Assembly (NCBI GenBank): GCA_016839705.1
Contig: JAEOTR010000060.1
Coordinates: 77,659-141,658, forward strand
DNA: 64,000 bases
Reading direction: 5' to 3'
DNA from: Promethearchaeota archaeon
Lineage (GTDB): Archaea > Asgardarchaeota > Lokiarchaeia > Sigyniarchaeales > SOKP01
Below the pieces are notes generated by a model that ran no database searches, was not told where the DNA came from, and saw only the letters and a program-made list of their open reading frames with translations. The position numbers were made by a program, and so were the translations under genes. How positions within the stretch are numbered: the first letter of the stretch is position 1; every line of letters starts with the position of its first letter. Below are positions 19,116-29,020 of this stretch, in pieces.

Positions 19116-19470
19116 ACGATTTTGCAGATATAATCTGCATTTTATAAAAATGGGGAGAATATTACACATTTGCTAAAAAATTTGGATTTTTCTGCTTGTG
19201 ATTTCACTAAAAACTCTGAGTTCTGAAATTAGACTTAGAGTTATTTAATGTTCAATCTTCGACTTATCTTCTTCTTATCTTCTTACCATTATGACGTATT
19301 TCTTTCTCTTTTTAATCCTAACTACAATTTAAAAAGAATGTCAGATAAATGGTATTAATTTAAGAAAGTTCAGACTAATATGTTATTTATGTAGAAAATT
19401 ATTTAAATAATAATTTTGATTAATATTCTAAACTTTTTTTCGATAATAATTACGTTCAATTTACGTTAAT

Positions 19471-22400
19471 ATGTCAGAATTAAGGGAAGAAATACTCGGT
19501 GCCAGTATTAATAAAAAGAGAGTATTGGGAGTGATACTGGTTGCCGTCCTATTAATTTCTGTATTTGCTTTCTCAATGGTTTTTATCAGTTTATTATTCG
19601 GTGGCCAAAGATTGGATCCTAGTGATAGAAAAGTTGATGCTGACGAAGAAATCCCCCTTTTAATAGCACCACCTTATCCTTTTGATGAAGATTTCTGGCG
19701 AGATTTATTTGATGATTTAACTCCAGAAGAACTACAAGATTTGATGGATATGCTTTCCGAAATGTTTGATGGAGACATCGATGAGCTAGATTTAGGAAAT
19801 TTTTCGCAAGAACTCCTAGATCTTCTATATACAAGTGCAGGAGATGTAGAGGTTTTTCGAGTTTATGATTATTTAGATTTTGCTAATATGGAAGATGTTC
19901 TATGGAAATATGAGAGTTTTGATCAATATACTGGAGAAGGATGGGAATCAACAGCAGGTTCTGATATTTACAGTTTTTTTACATATGGTGAGTATTATAG
20001 TAAATTTCCACCATATCCAGAAATTCTAAAAATAAAGATGCCACTATCCCCGAATATTGGGATAAATTCAATGGTACTACCATCCCTTTTTCCTACTCCC
20101 AATATAATGGAAAATAGCGTTTCTGCTCCAAATCTGATACCTGACTCGACAACCTTATATAAAACAGACTATAATTCTTCTACTTTAGATTTATCTTTTT
20201 CTTCAGATGAGGATGTTAATATGACCTATAAGTTGTTTGGATTTGATCTACCCTCTGCTTCAGAAATCAATAACAGTGCAATAGAGGCAAGATGGACTCC
20301 CGTTCCTATTCAGGCTAAATATTTACAATTACCTCCTGATATTGATCTTTATAAAAGCAACAACCCCTTCTTCACAAACCATGTGAATATTTTAAACGGA
20401 ACAATTAACGACACCGATAACGCATTTGAAGTAGCAGTTAAAATAAGAAATTATTTACAAACCCAATTTTCTTTTCCCCTGAGTCCTGATGACTATAATC
20501 CTGCACCGGAAGGAAGAGATATCATAGATTGGTTTTGTGAGACCCAACAGGGATTATGGTCCGATTGGGCTTCCGCTTTTTGTGGTTTTACTCGTGTTTT
20601 TGGGATCTCAAGTCGATTTGTAGATGGATTTAATAACCTAAATACCACACAATTTTTTGATAATGATGAGGGACAGTGGGGTTTTGCGATAAAATATAAA
20701 AATCTTTATAATTGGGCAGAAATTTATGTTCCAACAGATATTACAGGGAATGGGAATTGGGTTCAAGTAGATATTTTTGAAGATTATGCTGGAACCCTAC
20801 CGATATCACAAGGAAATTATTCTATTACAGTTTCCCTAGACAAGTTAACGGTAAATAGACCAGATGTCATAAATATAACAGCTACTATGTCTTCTGATGG
20901 AGGAGATTCAATAGATAATAATAGAATAATATTTACAGATTTAACAGCTGGACAGGAGATTGGGAGTGTTTATACTGATTCTTTCGGAATGGCTTCACAA
21001 TTATATAATATCAATAATTCTCATGTTGTGGGTCCTCACCTAATTGAAGCTAGATATGATTTCTTTACTAGAGGTGGAAATATTACTACAATATTAGGAA
21101 ATATAGATGTTAATCTTACAACTGTTAACCCACAAGTAGTTAATCGTTCAGATACTTTTCCAGATACCATTAATATTCAAGGCTATTTATATGACCCCAT
21201 AAATGGAGAAAGAGTCGAATACGCAAGTGTAAATCTCCTTTTATTTCAAATTGGGACGAGTTTTGAAGAAGTTGGGGCATTTAGTCCGTCGTCAATTATA
21301 TCAGATAATAATGGTAATTTCGATGGTAATTTTGACATAAGTCAATCAGTACCCGCAGGACAATATGAAGTTCGCGCTGATTTCAATGGAACGTGGATCT
21401 TTCCTTACCCTCCCCCTCTCTATGTGCCAATCATAAACGATTCAAGTAACAGAATGGGATTAAATATTACTACAGCCCTAACAACTTGGTTTTATATAAA
21501 TGGTTATTCAACCACGAATCCCAATTTACCCTCTATTTCTAGATATCAAGTATTAAATCTAACAGCACAAGTAATTTTGGAAGGTTTCGGCCCAATGTCT
21601 AACGAGGTAGTTTATTTTTATGACTATACTAGAGGAAGTATTCAGATTGGATCCGATACTTCAGATTTAAATGGATTTGCTTCGATTAACTACACCGTTG
21701 GAGTTAATAGCTTAACTGGTCCTAATTTATTGTATTCAATGATAGGCTCACACATGAATTATTCCTACTATATTTTAAATGAAGAGCCTACAATTAATGC
21801 TATTTCAGGCCCTACACCACAAGTAATTAATCGTACGGGGATGGGTGATACAGAGTTCAATATTGTTGGGGACATTACTGATACTACTAATCCTTCCAAT
21901 CCGCTAAGTTTCTCTGAAATTACTTTAAAACTAATGAAAGGTAGTACAGATTATTCTTCTTATTTAGTACCCTTTGAGGGTTATCCTTATCAAACTGATA
22001 TAACAGGTACTTTTGATCTAACTTTTGGTGTTGCTCCCAATACCCCACCAGGAAATTATTCACTAAGGTTAGATTTTAATGGAACTATCGATTTATCAAG
22101 TTATCCTTATCCTAATTATTTCACCTTATCATATATCAATACTTCAACTTATTATAGTATTGAACTTAAAATTGATGCAGAAACATCTTTAGATTTTTGG
22201 ATAAACGGAATACCTAATGATGATGCATATAATCCAGTAGTATACAGAGATGATTCTCTTAATCTTTTAACCAAAGTGCACCATGCAGGAGTTCCGGTGC
22301 CCGATGGTGAGTGGGTTTATTTTTATGATGGTACACAAGATAATTTTTTCATTGGTTCTGCTCAAACAATTGGAGGATTTGCTCAAGTTTTTTATAACAC

Positions 22401-23922
22401 AAATTGGAACACAACAGCAGGACCTCATTTAATATATGCTACTTGGAATAACAAATTCAATTTCTCTTATTTTATCCTTGATGCCCCAATCTCAGTAAAT
22501 CTTGATATCTGTCCACAACCAACAGAAATAAACCGAAGCGGAACAATTGGAAGGAATTTTTGGATTCATGGGTATTTAAATGATTCTTTTAACGGAAATA
22601 CTATTAAATTCAGTCAAATAGAAGTTCGTCTTTACGATCCTGCTGATGTATCGTTTTATTTAAACGAACCAAGGTTTACTCAACTTGGTGAGACTGGAGA
22701 GATAAATCTATTCTATACTGTTTCACCCTCAACACCAGCAAAAAATTATACTCTTCAAGTTCGGTTTGATGGAATTTTTATTTATGCGAATCCATTCTAT
22801 CCTCAATTTTTTAATCTCAATTTTCTTGGAAATATGACAGATAGCGCAAATGGATTCTTTGATTTAAAAGTCATCGATCCAGATGATATAGATATATTTT
22901 TCTTCATTGATGGAAATCCAACTTTATCCTTTTATTGGAATGGAGCTCCACCTGAAAGTTATAATGGTGGAGAAATGATTAATTTTAGTGTTTACATAAC
23001 TCAAGGGGGTCCCCCAGTTAACTCCGGCACCGTTTCATTTACTGATGTGTATACCGGTGATCCATTAGGAACTCAACCTGTAGTTCTCGGATACGCTTCA
23101 ATTTTGGCTAATTCTACGACTTGGCATGCAGGGCTCCATCGAATAAAGGCTCAATGGTCTGGATCAGCCTCATTTAATACAACATATATCGTAATAAATA
23201 AGACGGTTAGTATTTTTAGTTCAATTGACACATCTTCTATCTTGAGAAATGTTGATATCTTTTCTGTTTCAGGTACAGTTCAGGAAGGTGTTGTACTTTT
23301 AAGAGGTTTAAGAGTTAACCTTATATTATTAGATGGAACTTTTAATGATGTTTCTGGATATCTCGTCCCTCCTCCTCCTCGAACACTTACTACAGATAAT
23401 GCGGGTTATTATCAATTTGTCAGTTCAATTAATTTAAATTGCCCACAAGGACAGTACTATATCAATATCAGTTTTACAGGGGACATTGATGCTCCTGGTA
23501 TTTGGATGACAAACTTTATGATCCATAATAGTAGTATTCTTATTCCAATAAACATCACCGCAGGTACTAATATAATAGAAAATACTTGGTATACTGATTA
23601 TGATTTCATATATCCAGAATATTCTGATAGATGGATAATTAACGATACACTTCATGTAATTGGAACTTTAACATGGGATAATGGGTCAGTAATGTCAGGT
23701 ATGTATGTTAATGTAACCGTTAAATTACTTGATGGTACAATTATTGCATATAATGATACGGTCCAAACGGACATTTCTGGAGTATTCAATGTATCAATAT
23801 TTATTGATGGTTTTTCTGGTTGGCCTGATTTTAGAAATGAATCTGAAATATGGGTTTATTTTGATCCTGTTGTAAACAGTATTCAATATGTTGAAGGATC
23901 TGAAAATGAATTTACATCATAA
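19471..23922 (+). CDS. Large membrane-anchored surface protein with a transglutaminase-like domain and Ig-like beta repeats
   Basis: N-terminal TM helix, FDQYTGEGW, DIIDWFCETQQG, GISSRFVDGF, WAEIYVP, then repeated beta-rich modules with many N-x-S/T sequons. Confidence 0.8.
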   Translation: MSELREEILGASINKKRVLGVILVAVLLISVFAFSMVFISLLFGGQRLDPSDRKVDADEEIPLLIAPPYPFDEDFWRDLFDDLTPEELQDLMDMLSEMFDGDIDELDLGNFSQELLDLLYTSAGDVEVFRVYDYLDFANMEDVLWKYESFDQYTGEGWESTAGSDIYSFFTYGEYYSKFPPYPEILKIKMPLSPNIGINSMVLPSLFPTPNIMENSVSAPNLIPDSTTLYKTDYNSSTLDLSFSSDEDVNMTYKLFGFDLPSASEINNSAIEARWTPVPIQAKYLQLPPDIDLYKSNNPFFTNHVNILNGTINDTDNAFEVAVKIRNYLQTQFSFPLSPDDYNPAPEGRDIIDWFCETQQGLWSDWASAFCGFTRVFGISSRFVDGFNNLNTTQFFDNDEGQWGFAIKYKNLYNWAEIYVPTDITGNGNWVQVDIFEDYAGTLPISQGNYSITVSLDKLTVNRPDVINITATMSSDGGDSIDNNRIIFTDLTAGQEIGSVYTDSFGMASQLYNINNSHVVGPHLIEARYDFFTRGGNITTILGNIDVNLTTVNPQVVNRSDTFPDTINIQGYLYDPINGERVEYASVNLLLFQIGTSFEEVGAFSPSSIISDNNGNFDGNFDISQSVPAGQYEVRADFNGTWIFPYPPPLYVPIINDSSNRMGLNITTALTTWFYINGYSTTNPNLPSISRYQVLNLTAQVILEGFGPMSNEVVYFYDYTRGSIQIGSDTSDLNGFASINYTVGVNSLTGPNLLYSMIGSHMNYSYYILNEEPTINAISGPTPQVINRTGMGDTEFNIVGDITDTTNPSNPLSFSEITLKLMKGSTDYSSYLVPFEGYPYQTDITGTFDLTFGVAPNTPPGNYSLRLDFNGTIDLSSYPYPNYFTLSYINTSTYYSIELKIDAETSLDFWINGIPNDDAYNPVVYRDDSLNLLTKVHHAGVPVPDGEWVYFYDGTQDNFFIGSAQTIGGFAQVFYNTNWNTTAGPHLIYATWNNKFNFSYFILDAPISVNLDICPQPTEINRSGTIGRNFWIHGYLNDSFNGNTIKFSQIEVRLYDPADVSFYLNEPRFTQLGETGEINLFYTVSPSTPAKNYTLQVRFDGIFIYANPFYPQFFNLNFLGNMTDSANGFFDLKVIDPDDIDIFFFIDGNPTLSFYWNGAPPESYNGGEMINFSVYITQGGPPVNSGTVSFTDVYTGDPLGTQPVVLGYASILANSTTWHAGLHRIKAQWSGSASFNTTYIVINKTVSIFSSIDTSSILRNVDIFSVSGTVQEGVVLLRGLRVNLILLDGTFNDVSGYLVPPPPRTLTTDNAGYYQFVSSINLNCPQGQYYINISFTGDIDAPGIWMTNFMIHNSSILIPINITAGTNIIENTWYTDYDFIYPEYSDRWIINDTLHVIGTLTWDNGSVMSGMYVNVTVKLLDGTIIAYNDTVQTDISGVFNVSIFIDGFSGWPDFRNESEIWVYFDPVVNSIQYVEGSENEFTS

Positions 23923-23941
23923 AAAAGTGAGGAAGATTAAG

Positions 23942-25528
23942 ATGATTAGGAGCAGTAACCCAAAAAGAATTTTGGTAGGAATTCTGTTCATATCATTTTT
24001 TTCAATCCCATTAATATTAATAGAAACTGATAAAGACTTCTATAATAATAATCATAATCAATTGAATGAGGAATCAAACCCAAAAACTTCAATTACATGG
24101 GGATGGGTAAATCTTACGAATTATGACGTTGATAATACTCGTCATTACCATAATGATATAGTCACACTTAAAGGAAGAGTTTTTCATTTACCATCAAACC
24201 TCAGCTATGTTGGCTATTCTGTGTCATTAGTAGTTGATGGAGTAACCCTTCCTTTGTACTCTGATACAACTGATGTATTTGGGAAATTTGAGTTTGATTA
24301 TACTATTCCTTACTCAAGCAATATATATTCTGATCACATATTTGAGGCGGTAATTAATAATCCAGGGGGAGATGTAATATATCTAAATTATTTCACTATT
24401 AACTCCAAATCCAGATCCAAATTTGAAAATCTGTTATATGATATATCAATCCCTCTACTTACTGAAGAAAATTTTGTAATAAACGGAGATCTAAGATATG
24501 AAAATGGATCGAATATCCCAACTTCAGAAATTCATTATTATTGGATAAATAGTTCTGATATTAATGATATAATTGACAGTGGATCTATTTTTACAGATTC
24601 CTTAGGAGTTTTCTCAAATATTCAGACGCCCCTCACAAGCTTAATCGGTTCTTTAAGCTTACTAACTCTTAAATTAAATTACTCTTTTCTACCATATGTA
24701 GAATATTCAGAAATTTACATCTTTAATATAGCAGTGTTCCCTGATATTCAATGGGTTTTAAATATTGATTATAATACAATGGAAGGAGAACAATATACTT
24801 TAACAGGAACATTGATATCCAGCACAGATCCTTCTTTAAGAATAAGTAATAGAGAGATAAGTATCCATCTGAATGGGACTTTACAAGCTATAACAACAAC
24901 TGGTTCCACTGGTACTTTTTCCTCTACTTTTCAAATACTCCTGCAAAATGGGACAGCATCAATTCAGGTTCAACTAAATAATACTGCAGGTAAAATAATT
25001 ATTTCCCCAATACAATTTATTACTGTTGAAAGTAGACCACCCTCAACTCAAAGACCAATTGAGTTACCCCCATTCTTAATTTTTTCATTGATTTTCTTTC
25101 CTATTCTTATCGGAGTTGTTGTAGGGTTAGCTGTTTATGGATTTTTCTTTTATAAAAAACAGGAAGAAGAATCAAGAGTGGTAGCTATACCTCTGGAATC
25201 AAAAATTTTAAATCTTAAAATTCTAAAAGATTCTGGAAGATTAGAAGAATCTTTATCATATTTATTCAATGCCATTTATATGGATTTAGTAAATGCAAAG
25301 TATAATAGAGTTAGAAAAGATAATGAAACAATTCGGGATTTTGCAATAATCTCAGTTAAAGAGTTAAAATTAACACCCGCTTCTATCTATCCATTTATTC
25401 AACAGGTTGAAGAAATAATCTACGGGAAACCCTACAAAATAACTGAAGAAGATTTCTATAAAACCTGCGAGTTATTCTCACCAATCTATTTTCAATTAAC
25501 TAGACACAATTTTGTTTTAAATTTTTAA
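23942..25528 (+). CDS. Membrane-anchored beta-rich surface protein with C-terminal TM helix and DUF4129-like cytoplasmic domain
   Basis: Signal/TM segment, Ig-like modules, TM helix, then ETIRDFA...VEEIIYG; start 23942 preferred over 23888. Confidence 0.7.
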   Translation: MIRSSNPKRILVGILFISFFSIPLILIETDKDFYNNNHNQLNEESNPKTSITWGWVNLTNYDVDNTRHYHNDIVTLKGRVFHLPSNLSYVGYSVSLVVDGVTLPLYSDTTDVFGKFEFDYTIPYSSNIYSDHIFEAVINNPGGDVIYLNYFTINSKSRSKFENLLYDISIPLLTEENFVINGDLRYENGSNIPTSEIHYYWINSSDINDIIDSGSIFTDSLGVFSNIQTPLTSLIGSLSLLTLKLNYSFLPYVEYSEIYIFNIAVFPDIQWVLNIDYNTMEGEQYTLTGTLISSTDPSLRISNREISIHLNGTLQAITTTGSTGTFSSTFQILLQNGTASIQVQLNNTAGKIIISPIQFITVESRPPSTQRPIELPPFLIFSLIFFPILIGVVVGLAVYGFFFYKKQEEESRVVAIPLESKILNLKILKDSGRLEESLSYLFNAIYMDLVNAKYNRVRKDNETIRDFAIISVKELKLTPASIYPFIQQVEEIIYGKPYKITEEDFYKTCELFSPIYFQLTRHNFVLNF

Positions 25529-25643
25529 TCAAATTCAACGTAATAATAATTAGATAAAAAAGAAAAGGAAGTACAAAAAATTATAAATTCAAAATAAATT
25601 ATTAATTAAATCGTTTGAAAAAATACCGAAATAGGTTTAAAAA

Positions 25644-26021
25644 ATGGCTAAAAAGAAAAAGAAAACACCAGAACCAGAAATAGATATTAAACAAAAGTTT
25701 GAAAATGTTAAAGTGTTAGTTGATACAGAGAGACCGAAAGAAGCAATAGCTTACATATACCTAGTTTACGACGATCTCATCAATGTGAAGTTTAAAAAAC
25801 CTAGACAATCACATCAGACTATTCGAGAATATGCAATAAATTGTGTAAACGAATTAGAGAAGAAATTAAAACCAGAATCGGTTTATCCGTTCATTAAAAA
25901 AATAGAAGATATCATCTATGGAGGCATAGAACCTACTACAAAAGAATTGAATTTTACTATTGATCTATTCTCTAATTTATACAATGAAATCACAGGAAAA
26001 ACTGTTAGTTTCTCGTTGTAA
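25644..26021 (+). CDS. Stand-alone DUF4129-like protein
   Basis: QTIREYA...SVYPFIKKIEDIIYGG closely parallels the C-terminus of the upstream gene. Confidence 0.7.
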   Translation: MAKKKKKTPEPEIDIKQKFENVKVLVDTERPKEAIAYIYLVYDDLINVKFKKPRQSHQTIREYAINCVNELEKKLKPESVYPFIKKIEDIIYGGIEPTTKELNFTIDLFSNLYNEITGKTVSFSL

Positions 26022-26085
26022 TATCAACTTCATGAAGACACGTTTCAAATCAAATCAAATTAAAATTTAGCACTTAGGAATTAAA

Positions 26086-27888
26086 ATGGGTAAGAAAGGA
26101 AAAACTTCACAAAGGAGTATAAATATATCTAAAGGGATAATCTTTACATTTTTCATAATTTATCTCTTAGTGTTCGGCGTTATTATAAGTGGATTTTCCA
26201 GCGCCTTACAATTAGCAAACCCAGAGACTTTTCCTATTTTCATTACCTATATCCCACTATTATGTTATATTGGTGCCCTATTTTGTGGGATTGGATTTCT
26301 TATATTTATCAGAAATGCTACTGCTCAGAAATCGCGTGAAACTCAATCTCGTAAAAAAATAAAATCTGGTTCATTGTATAAACAAGCTCTATTTCTCATA
26401 ATATTTATTTTTGCTTTTGTTCCAATACTTTCACCAGCAATCGATAAAGGGATAAATTCACAACATTTTTCAGTTTATAATTCCAATTGGAATGGGGCTT
26501 CTAAGTTAAAAGATATAATTCAACAGCCGGTGGCAGCTGGTGGCTTAGGATATGATGTAATGACTGTACAGTCAAGTTTGAGTGCTACTGAAAGGTTAAT
26601 AAATACCACAATTAATGGTAATAAAAAAGAATCTATATTATTAATTTTGTTAGGCCCTAACCAATTTTATGATCCTATCTTTGAAATTCCATATTTTATA
26701 TCATTTTTCAATGGTTCTAATTCCCTCCTTATATGTCATGATCATGGCTCTACTAGCACCCTCTTATGGGAAATTATGATTGCTAGTGTATTTGATCCCA
26801 CCATTCAAGTTCCAGTTACGATATTTCCTAACGGAATATTGCGCGATAATGAATCTTTTGATACAAATCCCGAATTTCCTGTAATCACGCAATTTGAGGC
26901 TCACGAAACAACTGTAGGCATTAACAATGTTATTCTTTCTCGATCTTCTTGTGCTGTAGGTGGACCTTTCATTAAAGGATTTGGATGGACATCAATAGGA
27001 ACAAGTTCAGACAAATATTCCTTTATCGATAAAAATGGAGATGGACAGTATATTTCTGCTGATGATGATCTTGATCTAGGATTTATGAGTTTTTTTGCCA
27101 GTAGCTTACCTTTTGAATTACCTACTACATTTCCCCTTGAAGGGTATGCTCAACATGTTTTTTTAGCAAATGATATGGGAAGGCAGCGATTATTTGTATC
27201 TGCTGATGCGAGTTTATTTAATAATGATTTAATTGACGATTCAGAATATGATAACACTCAGTTTGCAATAAACATTATAGAATGGCTTACTTATGAAAAT
27301 GATCCTAGTGATACAAGAACTAAAGAAGATTGGGTAATTGTCTTTGATGAAGCACATATCAGACCAGAACTATCGAGAGATCTTACCTCCGCGGGAATTT
27401 TTGGATTCATTATGCAATATATTGTTCATCTTTCTACAAATCCCATAACAGCATGGATTTATCCACTTCTTGCTCTTTATACATTGAGAAAGTATCTTCC
27501 TAAAAAAGATAAAAAGGAAGAAGAGAGAAAAAAAGCTGAAGAAGAAGAAAAAAAAGAAGAAAGGGCTCGATACAGAACTTCATCGTTTTTTGCCCAAAAA
27601 ATTGAAGAATTTCGGGATAAAAATAAATATGGGGATGCTTTAAAATTACTCTATAGAAGATTAGAAAGAAAGTTACATGCCCAATTACGAGAAGAAAAGA
27701 TTACTACTCAAAATATAGTAAATTTGGTTGTTGCTAAAGATCCTTCTACAACAAAATTTAAAATTAAAAGGTTGTCTAAATTTATGGATAGAATTATAGC
27801 TCTAAAAGAGGGAAAATATAAGGTTAGAACCGAAGAAGATTTCGAAGATCTATTTTTCGAAATGGGTTGGGCAGTTGAAAATATTTAA
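26086..27888 (+). CDS. Membrane protein with DUF4350/GldG-like extracellular domain
   Basis: Three N-terminal TM helices, FSVYNSNWNGASKL, SADASLFNN, NTQFAINIIEWL, VFDEAH; typical MoxR-operon member. Confidence 0.7.
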   Translation: MGKKGKTSQRSINISKGIIFTFFIIYLLVFGVIISGFSSALQLANPETFPIFITYIPLLCYIGALFCGIGFLIFIRNATAQKSRETQSRKKIKSGSLYKQALFLIIFIFAFVPILSPAIDKGINSQHFSVYNSNWNGASKLKDIIQQPVAAGGLGYDVMTVQSSLSATERLINTTINGNKKESILLILLGPNQFYDPIFEIPYFISFFNGSNSLLICHDHGSTSTLLWEIMIASVFDPTIQVPVTIFPNGILRDNESFDTNPEFPVITQFEAHETTVGINNVILSRSSCAVGGPFIKGFGWTSIGTSSDKYSFIDKNGDGQYISADDDLDLGFMSFFASSLPFELPTTFPLEGYAQHVFLANDMGRQRLFVSADASLFNNDLIDDSEYDNTQFAINIIEWLTYENDPSDTRTKEDWVIVFDEAHIRPELSRDLTSAGIFGFIMQYIVHLSTNPITAWIYPLLALYTLRKYLPKKDKKEEERKKAEEEEKKEERARYRTSSFFAQKIEEFRDKNKYGDALKLLYRRLERKLHAQLREEKITTQNIVNLVVAKDPSTTKFKIKRLSKFMDRIIALKEGKYKVRTEEDFEDLFFEMGWAVENI

Positions 27889-27957
27889 TCATGTTAATAA
27901 ATTTAAAAAAAAATCAAGAAATATAAAATAATAAAAAAATAGAAAGGTGAAAAGAAA

Positions 27958-28938
27958 ATAGAAACTTCAGATAAAGCAAAATATTATGAAAAAGAAGCTA
28001 TTGACGTTGCTCCAATTCGTGAAATAGCTCAAGAAGTTCTTAGCGAAGTAAGCAGGGTAATAGTCGGATACGGTGATATACTCCAACAACTCTTTGTCGC
28101 ACTCCTTGTCAACGGACATGTCCTCCTTGAAGGAGTCCCAGGACTAGGAAAAACAGTAATGGCAAAAACATTCTCTAATACACTAGGGATTTCGTTTAAA
28201 CGCGTTCAATTTACACCAGATTTACTCCCAGCAGATATAACTGGCACAAAGATTTTCGATCAAAATGAAGGGGCTTTTGTTTTAATGAAAGGACCGATTT
28301 TTGCTAATGTAGTTCTTGCTGATGAGATAAACAGAAGTGCTCCTAAAACTCAAGCAGCCTTGCTAGAAGCTATGGCTGAAAGACAGGTAACCATAGAAGG
28401 CCAAACTTTAAGTCTTGAAAAACCATTTATCGTGATAGCTACTGAAAACCCAGTTGAAATGGAAGGAACATACCCATTACCTGAAGCCCAGGTTGACCGG
28501 TTCCTATTTAAACTCTGGCTTGATTACCCTGAAGATTCGGAGGAAGTGGAAATTATGAGGAGACAATTATCCGGTGACATACCGTCAGTTGAGGCTATAA
28601 CTTCAGGTGAAGAAATTCTAGCAGCTCAAAAAATAATGAATTTGGTGTATATCGATGACAGAATTCTTAAATATATCAGAGATTTAATAATTAAGACACG
28701 AAATCATCCCCAAATAGCATTGGGTTGCGGACCAAGAGCAAGCCTTACTTTAATGAAATGTTCTAAAGCCCGTGCAGCAATACTAGGAAGAGCTTATGTA
28801 ACTCCTGATGATGTGAGGGCCTTGATTATTCCAGCATTGAATCATAGATTATTATTGAAACCTGAAGCGGAACTTGAAGGACTTGACGCTAAATCAGTGT
28901 TAAATTCAATCATAGAAGAAATTCCAGTTCCTATTTAA
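27958..28938 (+). CDS. moxR: MoxR-family AAA+ ATPase
   Basis: GHVLLEGVPGLGKT (upstream of the first ATG), RVQFTPDLLPADITG, LADEINR, NPVEMEGTYPLPEAQVDRF; start ATA 27958 behind GGTGA. Confidence 0.95.
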   Translation: METSDKAKYYEKEAIDVAPIREIAQEVLSEVSRVIVGYGDILQQLFVALLVNGHVLLEGVPGLGKTVMAKTFSNTLGISFKRVQFTPDLLPADITGTKIFDQNEGAFVLMKGPIFANVVLADEINRSAPKTQAALLEAMAERQVTIEGQTLSLEKPFIVIATENPVEMEGTYPLPEAQVDRFLFKLWLDYPEDSEEVEIMRRQLSGDIPSVEAITSGEEILAAQKIMNLVYIDDRILKYIRDLIIKTRNHPQIALGCGPRASLTLMKCSKARAAILGRAYVTPDDVRALIIPALNHRLLLKPEAELEGLDAKSVLNSIIEEIPVPI

Positions 28939-29020
28939 AAAACATCAATTTTTTTAATATTGATGAAGTACCAAACCATTAGAGATAGTATTAAGGTAAA
29001 ATATAGAGTGGTGTTGTAGC

